NCBI GenBank assembly: GCA_963663405.2
Contig: CAXXSM010000114.1
Coordinates: 1-18,468, forward strand
Reading direction: 5' to 3'
DNA length: 18,468 nucleotides
Origin: a bacterium
Lineage (GTDB): Bacteria > Hinthialibacterota > Hinthialibacteria > Hinthialibacterales > Hinthialibacteraceae
Shown here: piece after piece, positions 1 through 8,491 of the stretch
How positions within the stretch are numbered: the stretch's first letter is position 1
Layout: each line of letters begins with the position of its first letter
Translations under genes and position numbers: made by a program
The notes under the pieces: generated by a model
The model's database searches: none
Told to the model about the DNA's origin: nothing
Seen by the model: only the letters and a program-made list of their open reading frames with translations

Positions 1-1
1 C

Positions 2-488
2 AAGCGGATTGAAGAGCAAGTCCGTTTGCTCGATCTCCTTCCCACAGCATTGGATGTAATGCGCTGGGAAGAGCCGCACTGGATTCGCGGAACCAGCCTG
101 CTCCCATTGATTGAAGGTTCAGATACACATGAACGTCTCGCGCTGAGGCGAAGGGATGACCTACGGCGTTCCACAACGTTCAATTCGAACCAATGCGTTC
201 AAACTAATCATCGCGCCGGACATGAACGCCAGGTTGGACGACTCCCCCACCGGCGTCCCTGTCCCGATTCCCGATCCAATTCAACTCTACGATCTACACG
301 CCGACCCAGGCGAAACACACAATCTAGCGCCGGAAAACACAGCAAAGAAAGAAGAACTCCTGCAGGTCCTAAACGCAATCAACAAAAATGCCTACGAACC
401 CACATACTTCACAGAAGGAACCCCCATCCGGGACGCCCCAAGCCTCAACGATCAACTAATCCAAGACCTAAAATCATTGGGGTATTAA
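2..488 (+). CDS. Sulfatase family protein, C-terminal part (5' truncated by window; +1 frameshift near 146-148)
   Basis: Frame from base 2 reads KRIEEQVRLLDLLPTALDVM...IRGTSLLPLIEG. The frame of 156..488 continues with RSIRTNAFKLI, QLYDLHADPGETHNLA and ends LKSLGY*, all typical of sulfatase C-termini. Removing one base at ctgaggcgaaggg joins the two frames. Confidence 0.85.
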
Positions 489-502
489 TCCCATATCTAA
501 AT

Positions 503-525
503 GGAGGGCGGGCGTCCCGCCCGCC
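503..525 (+). repeat. REP-like GC hairpin after the sulfatase stop (possible terminator)
   Basis: GGAG-GGCGGGC-gtccc-GCCCGCC type 7-bp stem, 15 nt after the stop codon. Confidence 0.55.
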
Positions 526-540
526 AATAAAATTGCTATT

Positions 541-640
541 TGTCTGAATCTGGATATACAAGATGGGCAGGATATTCAGGATAACTATTGAATACCTTAT
601 CCTGTTTATCCTAAAAATCCAGTCCATCCCGATTCTGACA
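541..640. repeat. 100-bp imperfect palindrome made of 9-nt periodic CAGGAT/ATCCTG units
   Basis: tgtctgaatctggat..caagat..caggat..caggataa pairs with ttatcctg..atccta..atccag..atcccgattctgaca. Confidence 0.75.
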
Positions 641-643
641 AAA

Positions 644-846
644 TAGAAAAGTAGGGTAGTATAAAAGATGAGTAGGGTGGGCTAAAAGCGCAGCGTAGCC
701 CACCACTACTTACTTACAAATTACAGATAAACTTACAAGTTATACATACAATAAAAACCAAATTCTTCCATATCATATTCCATTACCAGATTTTTCTCAT
801 ATCGGGACTTTAATCAGATCCAGGCAAGTGAACTTCTTTACATAGG
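644..846 (+). repeat. ~200-bp direct repeat, copy 1 (copy 2 at 2448-2650), containing a GTAG-type REP at 672-704
   Basis: GTAGGGTGGGCTAAAAGCGCAGCGTAGCCCACC is identical at 672-704 and 2476-2508. The downstream attacagataaacttacaagttatacatacaa is also identical. Confidence 0.9.
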
Positions 847-1412
847 CATTTCCATTATAGCGAGTCACGCATTTACGAAATTGATGAATCGGTAGAAATT
901 CTGCAAGTTGAGAGAACACGATTTTTACAGCATATATTGGCCATTCTACCTCACTTTCAGCAAAAATATGTGGCCAAAGTATAGAATCGATTTCAAGTCG
1001 ATTACAGAAAAATATCGCTGTAACCTTATATTTTTGTATAAGTTACATAATATTTCAATTTAATTTCCCCGGACAGTGATCTTCCTCTATAAAAAGACCT
1101 CCACTCTTTAACGAATGTATTTTTCTTTTCTTCCTATTGTCTCGAATTGTAAAATCATTCTTCTCTCATTGTTACATGAGTTATGATTCTATCATTGAAT
1201 CGTTTTCGTGTGTGGATTCATTAAAACAAAAAAAAGAAAGGATAATCACCATGAATCGAAAACTCACTTGAATTGCAACTCGTCATTATTCAACAAAGCG
1301 CTACGCATTATCAATTTCCAACGACCATTCATGAAGGAAAAAGTGAATAGCATTGCTTTGACAATGTTGTAGAAGATGCGTTTGTAAACAAACAATGAAA
1401 GGATAATAAAAA

Positions 1413-2335
1413 ATGAATATCAATCTGTATTCACGGTCAACTTTGGTTTTGTTTGTCATGATTCTCGGACTCAGCATATGTCTTCCCGGCATGAACGCCA
1501 CGGCGGAAACTGCGATTTCATCCACGGTGACTATCAATTCCTCGACGAAGACCATTACAGACAGTGAATGGTATTCGCTTTCCTATTCCGCCAACTGCCT
1601 GATTAAACACATTGACGAAGCTCGTATGGCTATTGATCTGAAAGATAAAGAGGGCGCGTTGGCTCAACTCGATAAAGGAATGACCTTAGTCAATATTATC
1701 AAGACGGTCTTGCCCACAGCGCAGGTAAGTACGGATATCAAAGCCGGTGAATATGTGTACCATGATGAAGATTATGTTAATATTGTCTTGATTCCCGTTT
1801 ACAATGAAATCATACGATATGACATTTTACGGCCTGTCATTGAGGCGAAAATAAAAAGCGCCCGAATGAAGAAAGTAAAATACTCCAAGCGGGTGTTGAT
1901 TTCTCTTCTGAACTTTTAAATATACAGACTGCTGAATTCTACCTTAATTCCGCCAAACGGTTGTTGGAGAATGACAATTTTATCGATGCCGACAGAATGC
2001 TGCTAACCTTTCTGGATCGCGGAATTACATTTGAAAATGTAGTTTATGAACTTCCTTTCTCCCGCGCTGTCAGTTTAATGGGAATATCCGAACGCGCGTT
2101 TAAAGACAAAAAGTACAACCTATCGGAGAAAGCGCTGCGGGACGCCGCTGACTGCATGAGCGATTACGCTAAAACGCTGAAGGATGAAGAACGCCAATTT
2201 GTCGTAAAACTCGAGATGAGTTTGAATGACTTGGCCGATATAGTACATGACCAAGCGCGGCGGCCGACATTTTCATCAAACTTCTACTCCGTATGGCATA
2301 CACTAACATCCTCTCTGCACAAAAATAAAAGGTAA
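1413..2335 (+). CDS. Secreted helical protein, YfdX-like (-1 frameshift in an A-run near 1847-1857)
   Basis: RBS gaaagga and a signal peptide (LVLFVMILGLSICLPGMNATA). The segment IDEARMAIDLKDKEGALAQLDKG resembles YfdX. The 1961..2335 frame is open from ~1850 (EESKILQAGVDFSSELL...), so adding one A fuses both ORFs into ~307 aa. Family call is from recall of the motif only. Confidence 0.6.
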
Positions 2336-2367
2336 TTAATAGATTTCGAGAAATTCCTTTGAAAACT

Positions 2368-2404
2368 ATCCGGAGATGACTGGCGTCAATCGTCTCCGGA
2401 TTTT
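2368..2404 (+). terminator. Probable intrinsic terminator of the YfdX-like gene
   Basis: Stem atccggagatga / tcgtctccggat followed by a T-run, 33 nt after the stop. Confidence 0.6.
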
Positions 2405-2447
2405 GTATAGAGTGGTTGGCAAAAAAACATTTGTTTAAGCAGAAAAG

Positions 2448-2650
2448 TAGAAAAGTAGGGTAGGCTAAAAGAAAAGTAGGGTGGGCTAAAAGCGCAGCGT
2501 AGCCCACCATAACTTACTTATTAATTACAGATAAACTTACAAGTTATACATACAAAAAAAACACCAAATTCATCCATAATATATTTCATTACCTGGATTA
2601 TTTCATATTTAAAAATTAAGGATCATCTAGTAAGTGAGTACTTTTACATG
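2448..2650 (+). repeat. ~200-bp direct repeat, copy 2, with GTAG-type REP at 2476-2508
   Basis: Aligns to 644-846. Confidence 0.9.
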
Positions 2651-2866
2651 GAAGGCGCCGATGTGTAATGGATCTCTTGATAACTCCAATATTCCCAGGA
2701 TTAAAATCCTGGGCTATTGTCTTTTGTCCCACAGGGACAGTAGCTAATAGCCCAGCTACTGTCGCTTGCGCCGGAGCATAAAGGCTGGGGACTTTGCATG
2801 GTTCTGCAATCTCTTATGAAAAGACGCCGATTATACATTGTCATGTACTCACTTACCGGATGAACT
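2620..2866. mobile_element. MITE-like element, copy A
   Basis: Ends GGATCATCTAGTAAGTGAGTAC and GTACTCACTTACCGGATGAACT. Flanks AAAATTAA (2612-2619) and AAAACTAA (2867-2874) match at 7/8. Confidence 0.7.
2693..2738 (-). repeat. Double-hairpin REP-like repeat inside MITE A (inverse copy at 10461-10505)
   Basis: Reverse complement gtccctgtgggacaaaagacaatagcccaggattttaatcctggg matches gtccctccgggacaaaagaaaatagcccaggatttcaatcctggg. Confidence 0.85.
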
Positions 2867-2921
2867 AAAACTAATCATCGGCGCCCTGCACTTCGTTTTT
2901 AGTTCACCCTACTCGAAAACG

Positions 2922-2954
2922 AATCCAAGCTCTAAAATCATTGGAGTATTAATC
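2922..2954 (+). repeat. 33-bp duplicate of the sulfatase 3' end (458-490)
   Basis: aatccaagctctaaaatcattggagtattaatc vs aatccaagacctaaaatcattggggtattaatc, 30/33 identical, including the stop codon. Confidence 0.85.
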
Positions 2955-3042
2955 TTCTATACAAGGTGCTTTTATCCAAAACTCTCGCCATGCGTGATAA
3001 AGCCGTGTATTCTGGCAGTAAGGAACCAGAAGGAGGAGAATA

Positions 3043-5244
3043 ATGGCTAGGACACATCGATTCATTCGCTTTCGACAATCATATCTAATAGGCGCGTTGA
3101 TTATATTATCATTCTCCGAATCCGTCTTCACAGCGAACAGTATGGAAACCGTATCTCCAGAAGAGGCGGCGCGGGGTGTGTTGGAACGCCTGCTCCCCCA
3201 ACATGCAGATCATTTTATCCTTGAAACAATCCCCCGCGTAGAAGGGAATGATGTGTTTGAGCTGGAGAGCCAGGATGGGAAAATCGCGCTGCGCGGTTCA
3301 AACGGCGTTTCGATCTGTTCCGCGTTGAATTGGTACTTGAAATATGACTGTCACTGCGATGTTTCCTGGTGTGGCGTCCAGCTCAGTCTCCCCGATCCCC
3401 TTCTACTCGTGGAGACAAAAGTTCGCCGGATCAGCCCGCATAAATACCGTTATTTCTTTAATTACTGCTGTTTCGGTTATTCTCTCGCCTGGTGGGATTG
3501 GCCGCAGTGGGAGCGGCTGATCGACTGGATGGCGTTGAACGGGATCAACACACCTCTTTCGGTCACCGGACAAGAGGCCGTCTGGAGAAAGGTCCTTAGT
3601 GATTTCGGATTGAGCGAAAAACAAATCAAAGATTTCATCGCAGGGCCTCCCTATCTCCCATTCGGGTGGATGGGATGTCTCGACGGCTGGGGCGGCCCTT
3701 TACCGGATTTTTTGGATCGACAGGCATTTGGACCTGCAAAAACGTATCCTCGCCCGCGAACGCGAGCTGGGCATGGAGCCTGTCCTGCAGGGATTCACCG
3801 GACATGTCCCTCCAGTGTTTAAGGAGAAATTCCCCGGCGCGAAACTGCATACCATCAACTGGATCGAATGGACGACAACCTTTCTCGATCCGCTGGATCC
3901 GCTCTTCCAACGCTTTGGTCAAGCGTTTCTCCAACGCAGACGGAACTCTATGGAACCAACCATCTCTACGCGGCGGATACCTTTATCGAAATGTCGCCCC
4001 CCAGCGATGAACCTGCGTTTCTGGCCAATATGGCAAAAGCCCTGTACCGTACAATGACCGCCGCCGATCCGGAAGCGATCTGGTTCATGCAGGGATGGAT
4101 TTTTTATAATAACAGAAAGTTCTGGCGGGAACCTCAGGCGAAAGCGTTTTTAGACGCGGTTCCCAATGATCGCATGGTTCTTTTGGACCTGTTCTGTGAT
4201 GAAAACCCCGTCTGGAAAGAAACGAAAGCGTTTCACGGTAAACCTTGGATTTGGTGTATCTTGCAGAACTTTGGAAACGTTGTCCAATTGCATGGAAGAC
4301 TTCCCCGCGTCAATCAAGACTTATTCGCCGCCCGGTCTGATCCAGCGTGTGGAACATTGGAAGGGATCGGGGTGATTCAAGAAGGGCTAGGCTATAATCC
4401 CGTCGCGTTTGATTTCATGTTGGAGATGACATGGCGCGGCCAGCCGGCCGATCTAGACGAATGGATTCAACACTATGCCCACCGCCGGTATGGGCGCCGG
4501 ATCACCGAAGCGGAACAAGCGTGGAAACTCCTTATGGAATCGGCCTACACTGGAGCGGCCCGCCGGGGATCGTTGACCTGGAAAAGACCATCCTTGCAGG
4601 AAAACATGGAACCTTCAAAAAACCAGGACAAGTTAGTCCACGCCTGGAAACTCCTGCTTGATTGCAGTGATGAGCTGGCTGATGTGGATACATACCAATA
4701 CGACCTGACGCACATCACACGCGAAAACCTTTCCATTCTTACCATACCTCACTATCAAAAAGTAATTCGCGCATATGAAGGAAAAGACCGGCCGATTTTC
4801 ACCAAAGCCGTGAAGGAATTCAAGGAAATTCTTCTCGATCTTGATACACTACTCGCGGCGCAGGAAGAATTTTTACTAGGGAAATGGTTGGAGGACGCCA
4901 AGCGATGGGGAACAAACGAAGAAGAAAAACGGCTCTATGAATGGAACGCCCGCAACGTCATTACTCTTTGGGGAGGTGCTGAATCCCGCCTTCACGACTA
5001 TGCGCGCAAAGAATGGTCGGGACTGCTCAAAGATTTCTATCTCTATCGCTGGAATCTCTTTTTCGATCGTCTTGGCCAGGCGTTGGACGGTGAGAAACCA
5101 TTGGATGAAGAGGCGTTCCAAAAAGAAATTCAACGATGGGAGGAACAATGGACACACCAAACCACCATGTATCCAACCCGCTCCCGTGGAGACACCGTAG
5201 ATCTGTCACGGAGATTCTTCCAAAAGTATAATCAAAAACAATAA
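3043..5244 (+). CDS. Alpha-N-acetylglucosaminidase, GH89/NAGLU-like (two compensating frameshifts at ~3710 and ~3934)
   Basis: RBS aggagga and a signal peptide. Motifs RYFFNYCCFGYS, WWDWPQWERLIDWMALNGIN, LDGWGGPLP, QKRILARERELGMEPVLQGFTGHVP, DTFIEM, GVIQEG, YEWNARNVITLWG and LHDYARKEWSGLLKDFY are distributed over three ORF pieces. Corrected length is ~733 aa. Confidence 0.95.
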
Positions 5245-5245
5245 T

Positions 5246-5463
5246 GGTTCATCCGGTAAGTGAGTACTCAACCAATACATGATTCTTTTTCACAGAAGGT
5301 CAGATGAGAAAGGGTGGCAAGGGCAAGGTTTTTCATCTGCCCTTGCATTAATCCTAACAACATTTGAATAATGCATTGATCTGTGTTCATCTAACATCTT
5401 AAATAATCGATGATGAAGATCGTACATGAGAGAACAGAAAAAGTTCTCACTTATCAGATGAAC
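5246..5463. mobile_element. MITE-like element, copy B
   Basis: Ends GGTTCATCCGGTAAGTGAGTAC and GTTCTCACTTATCAGATGAAC. AACAATAAT occurs at 5237-5245 and 5461-5469, overlapping the right end. Confidence 0.7.
5317..5346. repeat. Solo AGGGCAAGGTTTTTCATCTGCCCT hairpin (core of the 48-bp array)
   Basis: gcaagggca-aggtttttcatc-tgcccttgc. The 24-bp core is identical to the last array unit near 13886-13909. Confidence 0.85.
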
Positions 5464-5516
5464 AATAATTAACTTCAATAGAGTCTTCATTCATCAGAAA
5501 AGAAGAGGTAACTCAC

Positions 5517-6056
5517 ATGACCGCCTCTGGTTACGCCTTTCTATTAACGGCTGAAATCCTCTCACTGCTTGGTTTGGGATTGGCGATCGCGCTGTTGGCC
5601 GTCATCCTGATCGTTCTTATCCGTTCGAAAAAAAAGGATGGGAAATCGATACGAGCCGATCACTTCGCGTTCCCCGTTTCTGAGCTCACCCGGTCAGTCG
5701 ATTTCTATGTCAACAAATTAGGATTGAAACTGCTCTCGTACCAAACCGATCGAGAGAATCATGAAGCCTTCGCGTTCTTCGAATTAGAGGGCGGTAATTT
5801 AGAACTCTTGCAGGCGTTGGATGAGAATAACAAACCGATCCCCTTTGAGAATCCGAAATCTTCGGTTCCCTATAGCCCTCATCTCGCGATTGGGGTGGAC
5901 AGTCTGGAGGAACGGATTCAAAAACTGAAGGAAAAGAATCTGCCCATCGCCAAAGGACCGTTGGAAATCCCCGGCCACGTGAAATGGTTATACGTCCACG
6001 ATCCGGATCAGAACACGATCGAATTTGTGGAATGGTTGCGGCGGATAGAAGAATGA
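5517..6056 (+). CDS. VOC/glyoxalase family protein with N-terminal transmembrane helix
   Basis: DHFAFPV, SVDFYVNKLGLK, LELLQ, HLAIGV and DPDQNTIEFVE give the H/E/H/E metal ligands. RBS gaggt. Hydrophobic residues ~14-35 are followed by RSKKK. Confidence 0.9.
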   Translation: MTASGYAFLLTAEILSLLGLGLAIALLAVILIVLIRSKKKDGKSIRADHFAFPVSELTRSVDFYVNKLGLKLLSYQTDRENHEAFAFFELEGGNLELLQALDENNKPIPFENPKSSVPYSPHLAIGVDSLEERIQKLKEKNLPIAKGPLEIPGHVKWLYVHDPDQNTIEFVEWLRRIEE

Positions 6057-6057
6057 T

Positions 6058-7359
6058 TCAAATCGGTTTGAGACGCAGGTATGTCGATTCAAGCCGGTTC
6101 CGTCCATTTTGTTTGGCTTGGTACAAGGTTTGATCGGCGGTCTCAATCAGGATTTCCGGTCCGAATGGATTCCGGGGAATCGTGGTCGCGACACCAAGGC
6201 TGATCGTCACATGATCGCAGGTTTTAGATTGTACGTGAGGAACCTGCAGCGACTCGACTCCCTGCCGGATTTTTTCCGCGACGAAAACCGCCCCTTCGTT
6301 ATCCGTTTCCGGCAGCGCCACAACGAATTCTTCTCCCCCATACCGCGCGGCGATATCAATGACGCGGTTCGTATTCTTGTGAATCACCTTCGCGACTTGG
6401 ATTAGGCAGTCGTCCCCACTTTGATGACCATAGGTGTCGTTGTAATTTTTAAAATAATCGATGTCGCAGAGGATCAAGGAAAGGGGATTGAAATTCCGGA
6501 TGGAACGATTCCATTCCCGTTCGATGAATCGATCGAAACTGCGCCGGTTGGGAATTCCAGTAAGGCCGTCCAAAAACGAAAGTTTCGCTAATTTTTGCTC
6601 CATCCGTTTACGCTCAGTAATGTCTTGCAGCGTTCCGATCATCCACATCGCTTCCCCGGCTCCATTTCGTCCAATGGAGAATTGCATGTGGCCGAACCGC
6701 TCAAAACCATCAAAGCGTGTAAACCGAAGCTCCAGATCGAATTTTTTCTTGCGGCGTAATGTATTATCAAAGGTTTCTTGAAACAGTTTTGTATCCTCTT
6801 CATGGATGAACTGTTCCAAGAGTTCAATGCTTGGTGTCGCTTCCCGTGGTTTCAATCCAAAAAGCCGGTACATCTCATCCGACCAGCGCATTTCGTCACC
6901 GGTCAGATCCCAGATCCAATTTCCGATATGAGCGATCTCCTGCGCTTTTGCGAGGATGGCTTCGTTTTCTCGAAGTTCCCGTTCGAGTTGTTTCCCCGCG
7001 GAAACGTCTTTAATGTAATTCACGCAGCGATTTTCGGATAATCGGCTGGCGCTCACAAACGTTTGCGCTTTCGTTCCGTCTTTTTTCTGAAAAATAACTT
7101 CCTCATTGAAAACACCGTTTTCAAATAAATGAGCGTAACTTTCTATAATCTTTTGCCGATATTTCGCGTCAATCAGATCCTGGATGGAAATGTAGGATAA
7201 TTCACTTCGATCGATTCCCCAAAGTTCGACACACGCGTCGTTGGCTTTCAGAATGTGCCCATCGCGATTGGTCAGAAAAATTCCATCCGGCGCGTTCTCA
7301 AAGACCGTCCGGTATTCGTTTGTTTCGGATGCCGTAGGCTCGTCAGATTTCTTAATCAT
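6058..7359 (-). CDS. PAS-PAS/PAC-GGDEF diguanylate cyclase
   Basis: PAS motifs VFENAPDGIF and IGNWIWD..WSDEMYRLFG, QDITERK, then DGLTGIPNRRSF, DIDYFKNYNDTYGHQSGD and an RxxD I-site (RVID) before ARYGGEEF. Confidence 0.96.
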   Translation of the reverse strand: MIKKSDEPTASETNEYRTVFENAPDGIFLTNRDGHILKANDACVELWGIDRSELSYISIQDLIDAKYRQKIIESYAHLFENGVFNEEVIFQKKDGTKAQTFVSASRLSENRCVNYIKDVSAGKQLERELRENEAILAKAQEIAHIGNWIWDLTGDEMRWSDEMYRLFGLKPREATPSIELLEQFIHEEDTKLFQETFDNTLRRKKKFDLELRFTRFDGFERFGHMQFSIGRNGAGEAMWMIGTLQDITERKRMEQKLAKLSFLDGLTGIPNRRSFDRFIEREWNRSIRNFNPLSLILCDIDYFKNYNDTYGHQSGDDCLIQVAKVIHKNTNRVIDIAARYGGEEFVVALPETDNEGAVFVAEKIRQGVESLQVPHVQSKTCDHVTISLGVATTIPRNPFGPEILIETADQTLYQAKQNGRNRLESTYLRLKPI

Positions 7360-7544
7360 TCTTGGATGTCACTCCATGAGAATTGAAGCCACCTCATTTG
7401 AAATGATCAGAATATAGTATAGCCGTTTCGAAGTCAAGAATCATTCCTGCAATATAAGTATAAAATCTAGCCTCATTCTCATTTTCTATTCTATGCTATA
7501 GCCGAAACGAATGCATATTGGAAGGTTCTCATAACGATCATGAT

Positions 7545-7706
7545 TTGAGATCACAACCTGATAATGAAAAGGAGTCGCGGTAGGGCGCCTCACGCTTTAT
7601 CGACCCACCGGGAATGATTCACGAAAATGGCGCCTCAAAAAAATGCGGCCCACCCTACATGCTTGAACGAGTAAGTCTCGGAGACTCCTTTTCATATAAA
7701 AAAAAG
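7545..7706 (+). repeat. Hairpin element with ATGAAAAGGAGTC..GACTCCTTTTCAT arms enclosing a GTAGGG..CCCTAC REP doublet
   Basis: Perfect 13-bp inverted arms at 7564-7576 and 7683-7695. A shorter homolog lies inverted at 8101-8187. Confidence 0.75.
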
Positions 7707-7747
7707 CGGCTCACTTTCACGGTTTGAAGATACCGCTGAGCGAGCCG
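7698..7747 (-). terminator. Intrinsic terminator, minus strand
   Basis: Minus strand cggctc..cggt-loop-accg..gagccg, then c and T8. Confidence 0.65.
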
Positions 7748-7878
7748 AAACAGTGGGGAGATTATACAGTGAGTCAAGGACTCTCTTCGTTCGTTGTTAT
7801 GGATTCCTTCTTACTATTATTGATTCACGTTATCGAGTAACTGGTTTTCGCTTATCAAAATCATCACGCGGCGCGTTC

Positions 7879-8073
7879 TTAATCCAGCCAGCGAATATTG
7901 ATTTCAGGTTGACGCAATGTCAAACGTGTCGGGCATCCACGGTTGTCCAGGTATTGGGTGAAACGCTGAATCCGTTCGTTTTTCATCGCCGGTTTTGTCA
8001 TGGAAGACGCGGTTTGTGGTGAACCCGTTTGGCGTTGACGCCTGTTTCTACAATTTCGATCGCCGATCGTCAT
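7879..8073 (-). CDS. Small hypothetical protein (64 aa, basic)
   Basis: AAGGAG lies 8 nt before the ATG at 8073, with a terminator downstream and an ECF-like promoter upstream. No family recognised. Confidence 0.45.
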   Translation of the reverse strand: MTIGDRNCRNRRQRQTGSPQTASSMTKPAMKNERIQRFTQYLDNRGCPTRLTLRQPEINIRWLD

Positions 8074-8100
8074 GGGGTACACTCCTTCCCTCCCGCGCAT

Positions 8101-8187
8101 CTTTTTTTTTATGAAAGTGAGTCCCTCGAACGATCTCATTCGCAAACTCTACTGCGACTCATTTTCATCTGCGCGCTGTGATCTCAA
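8101..8187 (-). repeat. Short inverted copy of the 7545-7706 element
   Basis: Minus strand ttgagatcaca-N8-atgaaaatgagtcgcagtagag...gactcactttcataaaaaaaaag vs ttgagatcaca-N8-atgaaaaggagtcgcggtaggg...gactccttttcatataaaaaaaag. Confidence 0.8.
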
Positions 8188-8465
8188 TCGCGCAAGTTTG
8201 AATGTCTATATTCTTAGACGTAATACGCAGGTCAATATTCTTTAATTTTTAAAAAATTTTTTTTTTGAAAACGAGTTTCGATGTCTTCTCTATTTACTTA
8301 CCCAACCGCAACTCATTTTCTTGTGCCGATTGTCATCATGAATCAAGGAACGTTGTTTGAGATTAAGTTTACAGAACGTTTCAATTCGTACTCTCTTTCA
8401 TCACTCTTATTTCTCTGTTGTGATCCTTAATCCTGATGTTTTTCTTGATCGCCTTTTCCTATTAG

Positions 8466-8491
8466 TACGTACAGTTCGCAAAAATGTTTCA
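8466..8491 (-). promoter_or_regulatory. ECF-sigma-type promoter
   Basis: TGAAAC-N16-CGTA, matching the B. subtilis SigW consensus exactly. Confidence 0.45.

Noticed and set aside
26-547. 173-aa ORF as an independent gene
   Set aside because: Only the first ~40 aa are sulfatase-like. The rest is an out-of-frame read after the indel.
3728-4057. Separate GH89 subunit genes (3043-3822, 3728-4057, 3868-5244)
   Set aside because: They are consecutive parts of one GH89 joined by +1/-1 indels, and the internal pieces lack their own RBS.
5290-5490. Short intergenic ORFs (5290-5490, 445-627, 2169-2510, 2838-3050, 10386-10580)
   Set aside because: They read through MITE/REP sequence and show no RBS or protein-like features.
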